A stretch of DNA of 64,000 nucleotides from Candidatus Poriferihabitaceae bacterium (GTDB lineage: Bacteria; Pseudomonadota; Gammaproteobacteria; Arenicellales; Poriferihabitantaceae): assembly GCA_965262585.1 (NCBI GenBank), contig OZ253546.1:136653-200652 (forward strand). Reading direction: 5' to 3'. The position numbers and the translations under genes were made by a program. This document shows, in pieces, positions 62,100-64,000 of this stretch (position 1 is its first letter; every line of letters starts with the position of its first letter). Below the pieces are notes generated by a model, which searched no databases, was not told the DNA's origin, and worked only from the letters and a program-made list of their open reading frames with translations.

Positions 62100-62897
62100 A
62101 TGTCTTCGCCGATAAATCCCCCCTCGGAACAACCTGAACCGCCCCATTCGAGGCAGGCCAACTGGCGTATAAAATTCCTGCAACTCGCTTCGCCGCCGCA
62201 TTTTTACCGGTTTGCCGCGCAATGGTCGAAATGGCTTGGCTGGTTAGCGTTGTTGTTGTTTGCCGCCGGTGCTTACGGCGGGCTGGTGTTGGCACCGGCG
62301 GATTATCAGATGGGCGACAGTTACCGAATTCTTTATGTCCACGCACCGGCGGCGTGGATGTCGATGTTTGTGTACGCATTCATGGCGACAGCCGCCGCCA
62401 CCGGATTAATCTGGCACATGAAACTTGGCGACGCCGTTGCCCGCGCTTGCGCTCCGCTGGGGGCGGCTTTCACTTTATGCGCGCTGGTGACCGGATCATT
62501 GTGGGGCAAACCCACTTGGGGCACTTACTGGGTGTGGGATGCGCGGCTGACTTCCGAGTTGGTGTTGTTGTTTTTATTTCTCGGCTACATCGCATTATCC
62601 AACGCCCTGGACGACCGGCGTTCGGCTTCCCGGGCGGCGGCGGTGCTGGCGTTGGTGGGCGTGGTGAACTTGCCCATCATTCATTTTTCGGTGGAATGGT
62701 GGAACACTTTACATCAAGGCGCGAGCGTCACCAAATTCGGGCGACCCAGCATGGATACTCGAATGCTGATTCCGCTGCTGATCATGTTCGCCGCTTTCAA
62801 AGTGTATTTCTTTTCCGTGATGCTGAGCCGGACGCGCTGTGAATTACTCGAACTGGAACGGCGTACCAAGTGGGTGGAGGCGTTGGTTCGTGGCTGA
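62100..62897 (+). CDS. ccmC: Heme exporter protein CcmC.
   Basis: WGxxWxWDxRL tryptophan-rich motif (WGTYWVWDARLTS) plus conserved His residues. Confidence 0.9.
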   Translation: MSSPINPPSEQPEPPHSRQANWRIKFLQLASPPHFYRFAAQWSKWLGWLALLLFAAGAYGGLVLAPADYQMGDSYRILYVHAPAAWMSMFVYAFMATAAATGLIWHMKLGDAVARACAPLGAAFTLCALVTGSLWGKPTWGTYWVWDARLTSELVLLFLFLGYIALSNALDDRRSASRAAAVLALVGVVNLPIIHFSVEWWNTLHQGASVTKFGRPSMDTRMLIPLLIMFAAFKVYFFSVMLSRTRCELLELERRTKWVEALVRG

Positions 62898-63081
62898 GTT
62901 TTTACACATGGGCGGGTATGGGTTTTATGTATGGTGCAGTTACGGCATCGTAGTCGCGGTGTTGTGCGGCAATTATGTTTGGGCGTGGATGTTAAGGAAA
63001 AAATTGTTTCGGGAGTTGGCTGTAGAATTAGCCGCCACCAAGTCGGCGCACAAATCACCACAACACCACCCACAACCATGA
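62839..63081 (+). CDS. ccmD: Heme exporter protein CcmD.
   Basis: [17 protein letters not shown] is the typical CcmD motif. The start is uncertain (ATG 62839 or GTG 62890). The stop overlaps the ccmE ATG. Confidence 0.75.
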   Translation: MNYSNWNGVPSGWRRWFVAEFLHMGGYGFYVWCSYGIVVAVLCGNYVWAWMLRKKLFRELAVELAATKSAHKSPQHHPQP

Positions 63082-63521
63082 GACCACAACGCCGACAAAG
63101 GCTGATGCTAATCGCCCTGCTGCTGACCGTGGTCGGCGGTGCCGTGGCGTTGGCACTGACCGCGCTTGAAAAAAACATCAACCTGTTTTTCAGCCCCACG
63201 CAGGTGCACGCCGGTGAAGCACCGAGCGGCGACACTTTCCGCCTCGGCGGCATGGTGGTGACCAACAGCGTCCGCCGCAACGACACCGACCTCTCGGTGA
63301 ACTTCGCGCTGACCGATACCGCGAGCACCGTAAAGGTCGTCTACACCGGCATCCTGCCGGATTTGTTTCGTGAGGGGCAAGGAATAGTCGCGCTTGGGGT
63401 TATGCGCGGCGATGTGTTTGTGGCGCAGCAAGTGCTTGCCAAGCATGACGAAACCTACATGCCGCCGGAAGTGAGCGACGCGCTCAAGGCCGCCAATCAA
63501 AACCGCTACGACACGCAATGA
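63078..63521 (+). CDS. ccmE: Cytochrome c-type biogenesis heme chaperone CcmE.
   Basis: N-terminal TM anchor, [11 protein letters not shown], and the heme-binding [13 protein letters not shown] motif. ORF trimmed to the ATG at 63078. Confidence 0.9.
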   Translation: MRPQRRQRLMLIALLLTVVGGAVALALTALEKNINLFFSPTQVHAGEAPSGDTFRLGGMVVTNSVRRNDTDLSVNFALTDTASTVKVVYTGILPDLFREGQGIVALGVMRGDVFVAQQVLAKHDETYMPPEVSDALKAANQNRYDTQ

Positions 63522-63555
63522 TTCTTGAACATGACTCATAACATGATTCCCGAAT

Positions 63556-64000
63556 ATGATTCCTGAATTGGGACAGTTTGCGCTGATTCTGGCGCTGGTG
63601 GTGGCGCTCCTGCAATCGGTCTTTCCATTATATGGCTCGCTCGCCAATGTGCCTGCGTGGGTTGCGCTGGCGCGTCCCGCGGCGCGTTGCCAACTGCTAC
63701 TGGTGGCGGTGGCGTTCGCTTGCTTGACTTATTCTTTCATCATCAGCGATTTTTCCGTCGCTTATGCAGCCAATCATTCCAACAGTCACTTGCCCTTGTT
63801 ATACCGTATTTCCGGCGTGTGGGGCGGCCACGAAGGGTCGCTCTTGTTATGGAGTTTGATTTTGGCGTTGTGGAGCGGCGCGGTGGCGGCGTTCACCCGA
63901 CAAATCCCGGACTTCATCATCGCACGAGTGCTGTCGGTCATGGCGATGATTAGCATCGGCTTTTTGCTGTTCATGCTGCTGACTTCCAACCCCTTTGCGC
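63556..64000 (+). CDS. ccmF: Cytochrome c-type biogenesis protein CcmF (5' partial; runs off the window).
   Basis: My own translation gives MIPELGQFALILALVVALLQSVFPLYG...NDFSVAYAANHSNSHLPLLYRISGVWGGHEGSLLLW, a canonical CcmF N-terminus. It is absent from the ORF track because there is no stop in the window. Confidence 0.85.
   Translation, partial: MIPELGQFALILALVVALLQSVFPLYGSLANVPAWVALARPAARCQLLLVAVAFACLTYSFIISDFSVAYAANHSNSHLPLLYRISGVWGGHEGSLLLWSLILALWSGAVAAFTRQIPDFIIARVLSVMAMISIGFLLFMLLTSNPFA

Overview
This is a 64-kb chromosomal segment from a proteobacterium. The gene content looks beta/gamma-like, but I cannot assign a taxon from the sequence alone.

Core genes, mostly GC-rich:
- ETF-ubiquinone oxidoreductase, argD, nudC, argB, metK-ahcY
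- a three-gene TRAP transporter
- rpsF-rpsR-rplI and pstSCAB-phoU
- an EamA transporter, two alpha/beta hydrolases and two trans-sulfuration/sulfhydrylase enzymes
- a Crp/Fnr regulator followed by nirK (cytochrome c fusion), a NirV-like gene and an SCO1-like gene
- yceI plus cytochrome b561, acs, mtaD-like, ubiG-gph, panC, dinB
- ccmABCDE and the 5' part of ccmF

About 8 kb (roughly 13% of the window) is taken up by eleven arrays of a mosaic hairpin-repeat family built on ATTCCC-N8-GGGAAT cores. This architecture closely resembles the intergenic mosaic elements of Neisseria. The arrays sit next to visibly AT-richer accessory islets:
- a GGCT-like gene
- a small membrane ORF plus Mrr
- an MFS transporter plus an IS1016-like transposase remnant
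- an ABC-ATPase plus DUF4276 pair
- a 2966-aa surface protein

Best candidate for an undescribed system: the overlapping ABC-type ATPase/DUF4276 (Toprim-like) pair at 42802-44564. It looks like a split OLD/PARIS-like defence module.

Other notable items:
- a possible type II-C-like CRISPR array edge at the extreme left end
- a giant protein made of five concatenated BspA/DUF285-LRR plus cadherin-like modules with an autotransporter-like C-terminus, preceded by six 21-bp tandem repeats
- an 84-bp element with perfect 24-bp inverted repeats
- a near-consensus FNR box at class II distance upstream of nirK

All calls come from reading the ORF translations and the DNA by eye. No database search or computation was run, and start codons are my best guesses.
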